Notes: generated by a model not told the origin, from the sequence alone. Positions 32,510-41,953 are shown, numbered from the whole stretch's first letter. The stretch: DNA of 59,744 nucleotides, filler included, from 3 parts of 3 records of this genome joined end to end with filler, not necessarily neighbours in it; one strand, 5' to 3'. Translations and numbers: made by a program.

Positions 32510-33445
32510 GTGCGCTGGCTCTGGGGAAGCCTAGTCGTCCTGGCCCATCTGGGCCTGCCAACGGAGGCCAACGCACAGGCCTGCTTGCCGCCACCGCCGC
32601 CTGCAAACAGCGAACGGATCATCGGCTGGCTGGACTGTTTCCTGGATGAGCTGGGCGATGTGTGGACGAGTGACATTGCGGAAGGGATATTGCTGGCCCA
32701 CCCGCAGGCTGAAGCGATAACCGGTCTGACGCTTGAGTTCGTCTCGGACTGCGATTTTTCGCCCCGCCTTGTGGTGGACCAGGCGGGCCAAGCCAAGGTG
32801 GCGTTCAACACGCGGCTGCTGATCCCGCAGATGATGGTTTCACAGGCCATCCTTTGGTACATAATTGCGCCGGATAACGTGACATCGCCGCGCGAGCATT
32901 TGGCCTATCTCAACGATGTCCTGCTCCCGGCTGTCCGGGAAGACTCGCGCACTTGCTCGCGTCAATCCGCCACCGGCCGTTTCAACGCCGTGAATATCCC
33001 CAGCGTCTTTTGGGACCAACCCGAGGCCCATCCCACATTCGTGGCGCTGGACTCACCCAGCACGCGAGCCATCGGGGATTATTTGGGTGCGCTCCCCGCT
33101 TTCTTTGCCCTGATTCACGAGGCAGGACATGCGGCCTTGCATCTGGAACATGAGGCCGCGACTGGTCGAGAGCGTGAACGCGAGGCCGATGGTTTTGCCG
33201 CTTCGGTGTTCGGGCGAAGCGATGTTCCGGTGACGCTTGGCCTCGCTTTTCTGCTGATCGCCTATGATTTGGACCGCGCGGGAACAAACGACGATGTGGC
33301 TTGCAGGATTGCTGCGCTGGCGCAGCGCGCCGGACATGATGGGCATGTGATTGTGCCAACGTTCGGCATCCGTGTCGCGGCACGGGTAGAGGCACTCCGG
33401 CAAGAATATATTCGCTACTTCAGCGCTCTGTGCCCGGATCGGTGA
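32510..33445 (+). CDS. Exported zinc metallopeptidase-like protein (HExxH + ExxAD)
   Basis: Signal peptide (..ANAQA), IHEAGH and EREADGFA, the gluzincin-type layout seen in M48, ImmA/IrrE and Lit-like peptidases. Confidence 0.7.
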   Translation: MRWLWGSLVVLAHLGLPTEANAQACLPPPPPANSERIIGWLDCFLDELGDVWTSDIAEGILLAHPQAEAITGLTLEFVSDCDFSPRLVVDQAGQAKVAFNTRLLIPQMMVSQAILWYIIAPDNVTSPREHLAYLNDVLLPAVREDSRTCSRQSATGRFNAVNIPSVFWDQPEAHPTFVALDSPSTRAIGDYLGALPAFFALIHEAGHAALHLEHEAATGREREREADGFAASVFGRSDVPVTLGLAFLLIAYDLDRAGTNDDVACRIAALAQRAGHDGHVIVPTFGIRVAARVEALRQEYIRYFSALCPDR

Positions 33446-33519
33446 CGTTCGCGGACCGCTGCGCGCGTTTGAGCACCACGATGCGGAGTTGCCCCGGTCC
33501 CAAAACCTTCGGCATGCTC

Positions 33520-33760
33520 CACCCATTTCAATCGGGATAGGCGGCCTGCGTCGAACGGGTGTGGGCCGGCCGGCCGGGGGTGCTTGCCGCCACGGTCTTC
33601 GGGTTGGCGGTTCTACAGAGAAAGTCCGACGGTCCGAGATATCGCTCCGGGTTTGGATCCGAAGGCCGAGGGACCGCGCGTACCTTCGGCACGCCTTCTG
33701 TTTGGCGACGCAATGGCGTTGCGCATGAACCCCGTGTCCTGAGGTTCGTACCTCTCAAAA
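33520..33760. ncRNA. Candidate structured non-coding RNA
   Basis: Several hairpins (33586-33611 with cUUCGg loop, 33659-33689, 33705-33722, 33741-33754), no convincing ORF, and a possible upstream promoter TTGCCC..CATGCT. Confidence 0.35.
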
Positions 33761-33763
33761 CGC

Positions 33764-33783
33764 AAAAAGGCGCACGAGGCGCC
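33764..33783 (-). terminator. Terminator downstream of cheT-like gene
   Basis: Minus strand GGCGC-CTCGT-GCGCC-TTTTT. Confidence 0.55.
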
Positions 33784-33812
33784 AGCGAATTGAAAATTGG
33801 AAACTGAAAGAC

Positions 33813-34166
33813 TTAGAACAGCTCGGCGTCGCCATGGCTCGAATGGGCGGCGATGCCGGACAGGGCGGGGACGCGCAATTCGTCCAGGGTCAGGCTGGCC
33901 CAGATTTCGTCATAGACGCTGTCGGGCGCCGTGGGCGGCAGGAGCGCAAACTGGCGCACGGCCAGCGCCATATTGTGGCAGCGCTGTTCGATGCGGTCCT
34001 GGCCCTGAAGGGCGGTGATGATGAGCTGCACGGCTTCCCGAACGCTCGGGTCCTTGCTGACTTGCTTGTCGGCGAGCAGTTCAAGCGCTTCGGTGATGCC
34101 TTCTAGCATGGAAGCGGTTTGCCGCGCCGTCTCGTCCAATTCTCGTGCGAGTTTCTGCAGTGACAT
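33813..34166 (-). CDS. CheT/CheZ-like putative CheY-P phosphatase
   Basis: Helical protein with QDRIEQ (DxxxQ CheZ-type catalytic motif) and C-terminal DAELF, inside the che cluster. Confidence 0.65.
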   Translation of the reverse strand: MSLQKLARELDETARQTASMLEGITEALELLADKQVSKDPSVREAVQLIITALQGQDRIEQRCHNMALAVRQFALLPPTAPDSVYDEIWASLTLDELRVPALSGIAAHSSHGDAELF

Positions 34167-34332
34167 TGAATATTCCCTGGCCCTGTTCGGACAACCCTAT
34201 AGCGCAATTTCTAAACCTCTCCTTGCTCGATTGGACATCGCCAGCGAACTCGTAGGTCGTGGTTAGCAATTGGCTAACGAGTTTACCTCTACCATCCGAA
34301 CCAATTCGCCCGCAGAGGTAGACCAAGACGAC

Positions 34333-34923
34333 ATGCCCCCGACCAATACCCTGCCACCCGAGTTCGACCGCGGTGTGGTGACGACGGTTCACCAAGGCGA
34401 CTGCCATGTTTCCAACGCTGCGGACGTGACCTTCTCGACCGTCCTGGGGTCGTGCATCTCGGCCTGTGTGCGCGACCGGGTCGCGCTGGTTGGCGGCATG
34501 AACCACTTCCTGCTCGCCGAGCAGTCCGGCTCGGCCCGGGATCGCTATGGCGCGTCGGCCCGTTATGGCGCCTTTGCCATGGAGCAATTGATCAACAAGG
34601 TGCTTTCGCAGGGCTCGGGACGCAAAGCCAATCTCGAAATCAAGATCTTCGGGGGCGGCAAGATCAATTCGGCGCTCGATGATGTGGGGGCCAAGAATAT
34701 CGAGTTCGTGCGCCAGTTCCTGGTCGATGAAGGCTATGTGGCCACCAGCGAGGATCTGGGCGGCAGCTTTGCCCGCAGGGTGTTGTTCAAGCCCCATTCC
34801 GGGCGGGCCTTCGTCAAGCGGCTCGACAGTGATGCCGGGGCCAATGTGGCGCAGGAAGAACTGGCGATTGCCCGCCGCCGCATCGTGGTGCCGGCGCCGG
34901 TGGACGATATCGAACTGTTCTAG
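34333..34923 (+). CDS. cheD: Chemoreceptor glutamine deamidase CheD
   Basis: STVLGSCISAC, GGMNHFLL and KIFGGG motifs. Confidence 0.95.
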   Translation: MPPTNTLPPEFDRGVVTTVHQGDCHVSNAADVTFSTVLGSCISACVRDRVALVGGMNHFLLAEQSGSARDRYGASARYGAFAMEQLINKVLSQGSGRKANLEIKIFGGGKINSALDDVGAKNIEFVRQFLVDEGYVATSEDLGGSFARRVLFKPHSGRAFVKRLDSDAGANVAQEELAIARRRIVVPAPVDDIELF

Positions 34924-35009
34924 TTGTCGATCGTTTCTTGGCCGTGTCTTGGCGTGCACCGTTCAGGCTTACGGAAGTCTTACTGCCGCGCCTGGCTTTA
35001 TAGATTTGA

Positions 35010-35024
35010 TTAACCATTATTAAG
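35010..35024. promoter_or_regulatory. CtrA-like box TTAACCATTATTAAG upstream of mcp-cheR-cheB
   Basis: Contains TTAACCAT and a second TTAA. Related motifs occur at 27670, 34263 and 39144. Confidence 0.5.
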
Positions 35025-35037
35025 ATAGGGTCCGGCC

Positions 35038-36588
35038 ATGTCGGACCGTGCCGTTTTTAGTGTTGATTCGCGTGCCCCTCGTCGGGGATTGCGTCTCATG
35101 CTGGCCGCATCCGGCCTCTGGACATTTCTGGGCGCAAGTGCGGGCGGGCTGCTGCTGGCGATCGGGCCGGGGGCGACCTGGTTCGTCGCCGTGGGGACCC
35201 TGGTAGGTCTTGGTATCGCCGGGTGTCTGGCGGGGGGATATCTCTTCGACCGACGCGAAGCCCAACGTCTGGCGGCCGTCGTCCAGGCAGCGGGCCTGTC
35301 CGACCGCTCCGGCGAAGCTCTGTCCATTGGTGGCATTGTCGCGCGCCTCGGCAAGCGACTGGAAAAGGCCCATCATTTCCGGGCCGCCATCGGCATGCTC
35401 GAGGCGCCGCTTTTGGTGGTTGACGAGCATGGCGTCGTCCTTGCGGCCAGCCGGGGCATGGAGCGCCTGGCGCCCGGGGCAAGGGAGGGCGAAACCCTCG
35501 ATGGCCTGTTTGGCGCCGGCTATCTCGAAACTGGCGGCGGGGCACCCGAGGAAGCACTGGTGCTGCTTGATGAGCGGCGCTTTGTGGCCCAGCGCCTGGC
35601 TTTGCCATCGGGGCGCTATGCACTTGAATTGCAGCCGGCGGGCTATTTCATCGAGGATGACCGGTTCGACCTGCTGCTCGAAGCGCTGCGGCAGGGGCGC
35701 ACCAGCTTCCGGTTCGAAGACGAGGCGGTGGCCAGCCAGCCTGTGCTGCGGGACATCAACACGGCCCTTGCGGCGCTGGACGATGGGGTGGCCCAATTGC
35801 GTGCAGTCATGGAGGGCAAGACCGACACTCTTCAAGACCTGCCGCTTTCGGACGAGGCGCAGATGGTGATCGAGCTGTTCTCGGGCCTTGATGAGCAGCA
35901 GCGCGACGAGGCCCAGGCCCGCGTGGCGCTCGAAACCCGGCTCGCTTCGGTCAAGGATCTGCTGGCCCAGTTCGAGGCGCGGGCCGCCGCTACCGAAAAA
36001 TCGGCGGAAACGGCGCGTGCGGCCCTGGCTGCGGGCGTGGAAAAGATGGCCGCGCTTGAGGCTGAACTGGCCGCTGCCAGGACGCGCAATGAGGCGGCGC
36101 AGTCCCTCGCCCGGCAGGCCGAGGAAGCGGCGGGGCGCACCCGCGCGCTGGTTAGCGAGATCGATCGCATGGCCCGGGAAATCGACACTATGACGGCCGG
36201 GATCGAGGATGTCTCGTTCCGCACTAATCTTCTGGCGCTCAATGCGGCGGTGGAAGCGGCGCGCGCCGGGGAAAAAGGCGCCGGCTTTGCCGTGGTGGCC
36301 GATGAGGTGCGCCAATTGGCCCAGGTCACCAATCGCAGCGCCAAGGATATCCGCGTCATCGCCGACAAGGGCCGGGCACAGGCGCGGATCGGGCTCGACG
36401 AGGCCGGGGGCTTGCAAAAAATCACCGCCCAACTGCAAGAGAATTTACGCAATCTAAGCAATGGACCGGTCAATATCGCGGCCGAAGAGGAGACGAAGGG
36501 ACGCCGCTCGGTGTCTTTGGCGTCGCCAGGGCCGGTGGTCGAAACAGCCGATCAGGAGATCGCGTTCGACCAGCGCGCCGCCAGCTAA
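35038..36588 (+). CDS. Atypical methyl-accepting chemotaxis protein (N-terminal TM hairpin, PAS-like segment, short signalling domain)
   Basis: Signalling hairpin [34 protein letters not shown]. Confidence 0.85.
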   Translation: MSDRAVFSVDSRAPRRGLRLMLAASGLWTFLGASAGGLLLAIGPGATWFVAVGTLVGLGIAGCLAGGYLFDRREAQRLAAVVQAAGLSDRSGEALSIGGIVARLGKRLEKAHHFRAAIGMLEAPLLVVDEHGVVLAASRGMERLAPGAREGETLDGLFGAGYLETGGGAPEEALVLLDERRFVAQRLALPSGRYALELQPAGYFIEDDRFDLLLEALRQGRTSFRFEDEAVASQPVLRDINTALAALDDGVAQLRAVMEGKTDTLQDLPLSDEAQMVIELFSGLDEQQRDEAQARVALETRLASVKDLLAQFEARAAATEKSAETARAALAAGVEKMAALEAELAAARTRNEAAQSLARQAEEAAGRTRALVSEIDRMAREIDTMTAGIEDVSFRTNLLALNAAVEAARAGEKGAGFAVVADEVRQLAQVTNRSAKDIRVIADKGRAQARIGLDEAGGLQKITAQLQENLRNLSNGPVNIAAEEETKGRRSVSLASPGPVVETADQEIAFDQRAAS

Positions 36589-36622
36589 GCCGGAAGAAGT
36601 CCGGGATGAAAAGGGTGGTTGC

Positions 36623-37462
36623 ATGGAACAGGGGGAATATGCCCTCAGCGAGCGGGAATTCGCTCGTATCAAGGCACGGGTCTATTCCGTCGCCGGTATT
36701 TCGCTCAGCGATGCCAAGCGCACGCTGGTGGTGTCCCGGCTTTCCAAGATCCTGCGCGCGCTGCAATTGCCCAGCTTTGACGCCTATGTCGATTATCTGG
36801 AACGCAGCGGATCGGCCAAGGACGGGCAAGATTTCGTCAATGCGCTAACCACCAATCTGACGCGCTTTTATCGCGAAGATCATCATTTCGACCATTTGCG
36901 GGACTATGTGGGCACGCTGATCGCCGAACGGCCGCGCGGCACGCGGCTGCGCATCTGGTCGGCCGGCTGCTCGACAGGTCAGGAGCCCTATACGATCGGC
37001 ATGGACCTGCTTTCGGCCTTTCCCGAGCTCAAGCGCTGGGACTTCAAGATCCTGGCCACCGATATCGACACTGCTGTGCTGGCCAAGGCGGCGGGCGGGG
37101 TCTATCCGGAAAGCGAACTCAATGGTCTTTCCAAAGAACGGGCGCGTCCGTTCGAGCGTTCGACAGGTTCAATCCGCATTCCTGCCAATGTGCGCGAACT
37201 GGTCTCGTTCAAACCGCTCAACCTGATCGGCCCCTGGCCCATGAAGGGGCCGTTCGACGCGATCTTCTGCCGCAATGTGGCGATCTATTTCGACAAGCCG
37301 ACCCAGGGCGAAATGTTTGGACGCTTTTCCAAAATGCTCGCGCCCGAAGGCTTCCTTTACATCGGTCACTCGGAAAACCTGGGCTCAGGTGGCGAGGGCT
37401 TCCGGCTGGTGGGCAAGACGATCTACCAGTCGCGTGAAAAACTGAACAAGCGAGCTGCATGA
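36623..37462 (+). CDS. cheR: Chemotaxis methyltransferase CheR
   Basis: TTNLTRFYRE, IWSAGCSTGQEPY and FCRNVAIYF motifs. Confidence 0.96.
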   Translation: MEQGEYALSEREFARIKARVYSVAGISLSDAKRTLVVSRLSKILRALQLPSFDAYVDYLERSGSAKDGQDFVNALTTNLTRFYREDHHFDHLRDYVGTLIAERPRGTRLRIWSAGCSTGQEPYTIGMDLLSAFPELKRWDFKILATDIDTAVLAKAAGGVYPESELNGLSKERARPFERSTGSIRIPANVRELVSFKPLNLIGPWPMKGPFDAIFCRNVAIYFDKPTQGEMFGRFSKMLAPEGFLYIGHSENLGSGGEGFRLVGKTIYQSREKLNKRAA

Positions 37463-38520
37463 TGAGCATCAAGGTTCTGGTCGTCGACGATTCGGCGCTT
37501 ATCCGCGAAGTTCTCGCCCGCATGCTGACGCGGGATGGCGATATCGATGTGGTGGGCACCGCCACCGATCCCATCGATGCGCGCGAGAAGATCAAGACCC
37601 TCAATCCCGATGTGGTGACGCTCGATATTGAAATGCCCAATATGAACGGGCTGGCGTTTCTCGAAAAGCTGATGCGCCTGCGGCCCACGCCCGTGGTGAT
37701 GGTCTCCACCCTGACCAAGAAGGGGGCGAGCGAAACGCTCTTGGCCCTCGAACTGGGCGCCGTCGATTTCGTCGCCAAGCCCAGCGCCGAATTTGCCGGC
37801 GGGCTCGATGCATTCGGGGTGGGCCTGCGCGACAAGATCCGCGCAGCCGCCAAGTCCGATGTGCGTGGCCGGTCGGCCAGCCGGGCCGAAGCGCCCAAGA
37901 CCGGCAAGATCCCGCTCAAGACCGCTGCCGCGCCCGAGGGCGCGCTGATCGCCATTGGCGCCTCGACCGGCGGGGTGGAAGCCATCCGTGCCGTTCTGGC
38001 CCAACTGCCGGCCGATTGTCCGCCGGTGGTCATTGCCCAGCATATGCCCGCCGGTTTTACCGGGCGCTTTGCCGCGCGGCTGGATGAGTTGTGCGCGCTC
38101 ACCGTACAGGAAGCCGAGGACCGCATGGTGCTCAAGTCCGGCCATGCCTATGTGGCGCGCGGCGATTATCATTTACGGGTCGAGCGTTCCTCGGGACAGC
38201 TCAAATGCCGCCTGGGGCAGGATGGGCTGGAAAGCGGGCATCGGCCCAGCGTTGATGTTCTGTTCGAGTCGGTGGCCAAGACGGTCGGACCAATGGCGGT
38301 GGGGGCCATCCTGACCGGCATGGGCCGGGACGGCGCCCGGGGGCTCAAGCTCATGCGCGATGCGGGCGCCTATACGGTGGGGCAGAGCCAGGCGTCGGCG
38401 CTGGTTTATGGCATGCCGCGCGTCGCCTTCGAGGAAGGTGCGGTGGTCGATCAGGCCCCGGTCGAACAGATTGCGGCCAAGCTGGCCAATGCGCTGGTCA
38501 AGCTCAAATCCGCCGCGTGA
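37459..38520 (+). CDS. cheB: Chemotaxis methylesterase CheB
   Basis: Receiver domain plus GASTGG, QHMP and LTGMGRDGA. Confidence 0.96.
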   Translation: MMSIKVLVVDDSALIREVLARMLTRDGDIDVVGTATDPIDAREKIKTLNPDVVTLDIEMPNMNGLAFLEKLMRLRPTPVVMVSTLTKKGASETLLALELGAVDFVAKPSAEFAGGLDAFGVGLRDKIRAAAKSDVRGRSASRAEAPKTGKIPLKTAAAPEGALIAIGASTGGVEAIRAVLAQLPADCPPVVIAQHMPAGFTGRFAARLDELCALTVQEAEDRMVLKSGHAYVARGDYHLRVERSSGQLKCRLGQDGLESGHRPSVDVLFESVAKTVGPMAVGAILTGMGRDGARGLKLMRDAGAYTVGQSQASALVYGMPRVAFEEGAVVDQAPVEQIAAKLANALVKLKSAA

Positions 38521-38632
38521 ACGGGCAAGCGAGAATGCCAATGGCGCAGTTGAGAGAATTGTAACGCTTGACCCATAGAGTTTGAGTCAAGTGCGGCCCG
38601 AAGGCCGAAGGCGCGTAGAGGTAAGAACAACC

Positions 38633-39022
38633 ATGCCAAAAGCGAGCGCTGTGAGCGTCCTGATCGTTGATGACCAGCAGTCCATGCGCGGGATCTGTAA
38701 ATACATCCTGACCCAGCTTGGGTTCAAGGAGATCATCGAAGCCAAATCCGGGCGCGATGCCTTGGGCAAGCTCGAAAAGTCCAATGTCGATCTGATCATT
38801 TCCGACTGGAACATGGAAGATATCGACGGGCTGACCCTGCTCAAGGTGATCCGCAAGCATCCCCGGACACAGGCCATGCCCTTCATCATGGCGACGGGCC
38901 GCTCGGACAAGGAACAGGTCAAGGAAGCCATTTCCTTTGGCGTGAACAATTACATCATCAAGCCGTTTGATGCGTCGACCATGAAAAAGCGGATCGAGGC
39001 GGTGATCGGCGCATTGACCTGA
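38633..39022 (+). CDS. cheY: Chemotaxis response regulator CheY2
   Basis: VDDQ, SDWNM and IKPF; follows cheB as in rhizobial che operons. Confidence 0.9.
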   Translation: MPKASAVSVLIVDDQQSMRGICKYILTQLGFKEIIEAKSGRDALGKLEKSNVDLIISDWNMEDIDGLTLLKVIRKHPRTQAMPFIMATGRSDKEQVKEAISFGVNNYIIKPFDASTMKKRIEAVIGALT

Positions 39023-39049
39023 TCGGTCCGGCGCCTTCGAATTTGACAA

Positions 39050-39085
39050 CGCCTCCGCCGTTTCAGTGCGGGGGCGCTTGTTTTT
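39050..39085 (+). terminator. Rho-independent terminator after cheY2
   Basis: CGCCTCCGC / GCGGGGGCG stem followed by a T-rich tail. Confidence 0.65.
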
Positions 39086-39143
39086 CCAGAAATTGCTTTT
39101 CTGACAGGCAGTTGCCCAAAAATTGGGCGATCCGCACTTGTCC

Positions 39144-39158
39144 GTAAGAAGTGATTAA
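39144..39158. promoter_or_regulatory. CtrA-like box GTAA-N7-TTAA upstream of MCP gene
   Basis: One mismatch from TTAA-N7-TTAA. Confidence 0.5.
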
Positions 39159-39276
39159 TCCTGTCCCGGTATCGTTTCCATGACAACGCGTTCGCGTTGC
39201 GTGACTGCCTGCGCATGGGCCGCCCGGCCTGTTGCTGCCTTGGGGGAGCAGTCGCCGTTGGGGGAGCAAAATCATA

Positions 39277-40977
39277 ATGAAATTCATTCCACAGCTCAGG
39301 ATTGCCCAGAAATTGCCGCTGGCCCTGGTGGGGTCGGCGCTGATTGTCAGCGCTGGCGTGGGCATAGCGAGCTATCTGATCGGCCTGGGGACCGTGCAGG
39401 AACAGCGCGACCAGTCCATGCAGGCCTCGCTCAACACGGCCAGCGCCTTGGTCAGCGACTATTATTCCAGTGCCGAGGTCGATCTGCGGCTCTTCGTGCA
39501 GCGTTCCGATACCGTGACCGCCATGCAGAACATGACCCGTTCGCTTGACGAGTTGCGCATGGGGCTCAAGGAGCGGGCCGCAGCGCAGTTGCAGAAGGCC
39601 TATGTCACCGATAGCCCCAATCCCGAAGATCGCGCGGCGGTCGATAGCGTCGGCATCATGGGGGCTAGCTATGATCCGGTGCACAAGCGCTATCATCCCG
39701 GTTTCCGCACGCTCATGCTCGAGCGCGGCTATACCGATGTGCTGATGATTTCGGCGGCCGGTGACGTGGTCTATTCGGTGGCCAAGAATACCGATTTTGC
39801 CACCAATGTCGTCAATGACGGGGACGCGGCCGCTTCGGGTCTGGGCCAGGCCTTCGCTGCGGCCAGGGATCTGGGCCCGGGTGAAGCCGCCTTTGTGGAC
39901 TTTTCACTCTATGGCCCCACCGCTACTCCGGAAAGCTTCATGGCCATGCCGGTCTATAGCGATGAGGAGAGCACCGGCGTCATGGTGCTGGCGATTTCGC
40001 CCGAGGTGATGAGCACTGCGGTTTCCGGCCTTTCGGGGCTGGGCCGGAGTGGCGAAGTGGTTGTGGTGGGTCAGGATGGCCTGCTGCGCTCCGAATCCCC
40101 GCGCACAGAAGAAGCCGATGTGCTGACGACCAGCCTCACCTCCGATGTGATTGCCGGGGCCTTTGCCGGCGAGAACGCGGAAGGCCTGAGCACCGATTAT
40201 CGTGGCGCACCGATGGTGGTGCGGGCCCAGCCGGTGAGCGTGCATGACGTCACCTGGGCTATTGCTGCCGTCCAGCCGGAAGATGAGGCTTATGCCGCTG
40301 TTGTGCAGATGCGCAATATGACGCTGCTTGTGGGCGGGATTCTCCTCGCCATTGCGGCGGTTATCGGCTTTTTCTTTGCCCGCTCGATCAGCAAGCCGAT
40401 TTCGCGCCTGACCGACACCATGGACGCGCTGGCCGGCGGGAACCTCGAGGTTGCCGTGCAGGACGCGCGCCGGGCCGACGAGATCGGCGCCATGGCGCGG
40501 GCCGTCGAGGTGTTCCGTGAAAACGCCCTGAAGGTCAATGAGATGACCGAAGCCGAAGCCGCCCGGATCGTGGCCAGCCAGGCCGAGCGGGCTGCCATGA
40601 TGCAGGATCTGCAGCGCGCCTTCGGCCAGGTGGTCGACGCCGCCATTGCCGGGGATTTCTCCCAGCGTGTGACGGCCGAATTCCCCGATGACGAGCTCAA
40701 TACGCTGGCCCGCTCAGTTAATGGTCTGGTCGAGACGGTCGATCGGGGCGTCAGCGAAACCGGCACGGTGCTTTCGGCGCTGGCCAATACCGATCTGACC
40801 CAGCGCATGCAGGGCGATTATCAGGGCTCTTTTGCCCGCCTCAAGGCCGATACCAATGCGGTGGCCGACAAGCTCACCGATATTGTGGGACAGTTGCGCG
40901 ACACCTCGCGCACGCTCAAGACCGCCACCGGGGAAATTCTCTCGGGCGCCAATGATCTCTCGGAACGCACCACCAAG
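39277..40977 (+). CDS. Transmembrane methyl-accepting chemotaxis protein (periplasmic Cache-like sensor, HAMP domains), 3'-partial
   Basis: TM1, periplasmic domain, TM2, HAMP (DEIGAMARAV), further HAMP-like segments and the start of the signalling domain (EILSGANDLSERT). Confidence 0.9.
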
Positions 40978-41077
40978 NNNNNNNNNNNNNNNNNNNNNNN
41001 NNNNNNNNNNNNNNNNNNNNNTTAATTAATTAANNNNNNNNNNNNNNNNNNNNNNNNNNNNNNNNNNNNNNNNNNNN
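40978..41077. other. Artificial contig-joining spacer
   Basis: N run, TTAATTAATTAA, N run. Confidence 0.97.
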
Positions 41078-41078
41078 T

Positions 41079-41153
41079 GTAGGGCGGGGATTCCGCTCCC
41101 CGCCTTGGAAGTCTTTGGCAATTCGATGGCGGGGTTCGGAAACCCCGCCCTAC
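41079..41153. repeat. GTAG-type REP doublet (REPIN-like)
   Basis: GTAGGGCGGGGATTCCGCTCCCGCC ... GGCGGGGTTCGGAAACCCCGCCCTAC, two inverted palindromic arms located at the contig start. Confidence 0.75.
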
Positions 41154-41155
41154 AT

Positions 41156-41686
41156 TCAATCCTTCTGCATCGCCGCGTGGGCTTTGGCCACGGCCACGTA
41201 TTTTTCCGCGCCCTTTTTCAGAGCAGCGATCTCATCCTCACGGAGAGGTCGAATCACTTTCGCCGGCGAGCCATAAACCATCGAACCCGGCGGAACGATC
41301 ATCCCCTGAGGCACGAGTGAATTGGCCCCGATGATGCAGCGGTCTCCGATCACAGCGCCGTCGAGAATCGTCGCGCCCATCCCGATCAGACACTCGTTGC
41401 CCACGGTGCAGGCATGCACCATCGCCGCGTGGCCGATCGTGCACCAATCGCCAATATAGGCCCCGTAATCATCCGCCAAATGCACGACGGCATTATCCTG
41501 AATATTCGTGCCCTCGCCGACTCGGATTTCGTGAATATCACCACGCAACACCGCGCCGTAAAACACGCTGCTCTGCGGCCCCAGGATCACATCGCCATTC
41601 AACGTCGCGTTCGCGGCGACAAACAAGGCCCGTTTCGTATCAGGAGCCTTTCCCAAGTGACGCGTTAGTTTTTCCTGCACACTCAT
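41156..41686 (-). CDS. Gamma-carbonic anhydrase / YrdA-like hexapeptide-repeat protein
   Basis: LRGD, TNIQDNAVVH and TIGHAAMVHAC motifs. Confidence 0.92.
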   Translation of the reverse strand: MSVQEKLTRHLGKAPDTKRALFVAANATLNGDVILGPQSSVFYGAVLRGDIHEIRVGEGTNIQDNAVVHLADDYGAYIGDWCTIGHAAMVHACTVGNECLIGMGATILDGAVIGDRCIIGANSLVPQGMIVPPGSMVYGSPAKVIRPLREDEIAALKKGAEKYVAVAKAHAAMQKD

Positions 41687-41953
41687 ATCTCTAGTTATAG
41701 CGCTTCAGACCACGGCGTCAGCCCTATTTAGAGACTCGATTCGAAATCTAATCTCAAAACGAAGATCATCGCATTTCATGGCGAGGAGCCTTGCGACGTG
41801 CCATCCACGAATACCCACCTCTCCCAGTATTAGTGAATCTCCGCAGTCGTCCCGCAAGACGGGACTCCTTCGCGATGACCAGGCTACGATTGCACGATTG
41901 AGAACTGGCTCGCCCCCTGCTGATTCATCCACATCTTATCTTCACCCCCACCC

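Noticed and set aside
35020..36438. 472-aa antisense ORF (and similar antisense ORFs across the che locus)
   Set aside because: Antisense shadows of high-GC genes with clear sense-strand identities.
39240..39268. Direct repeat TTGGGGGAGCA x2 before the MCP gene
   Set aside because: Only two 11-nt copies around the ribosome-binding site, with no riboswitch consensus recognised; likely a small local duplication.
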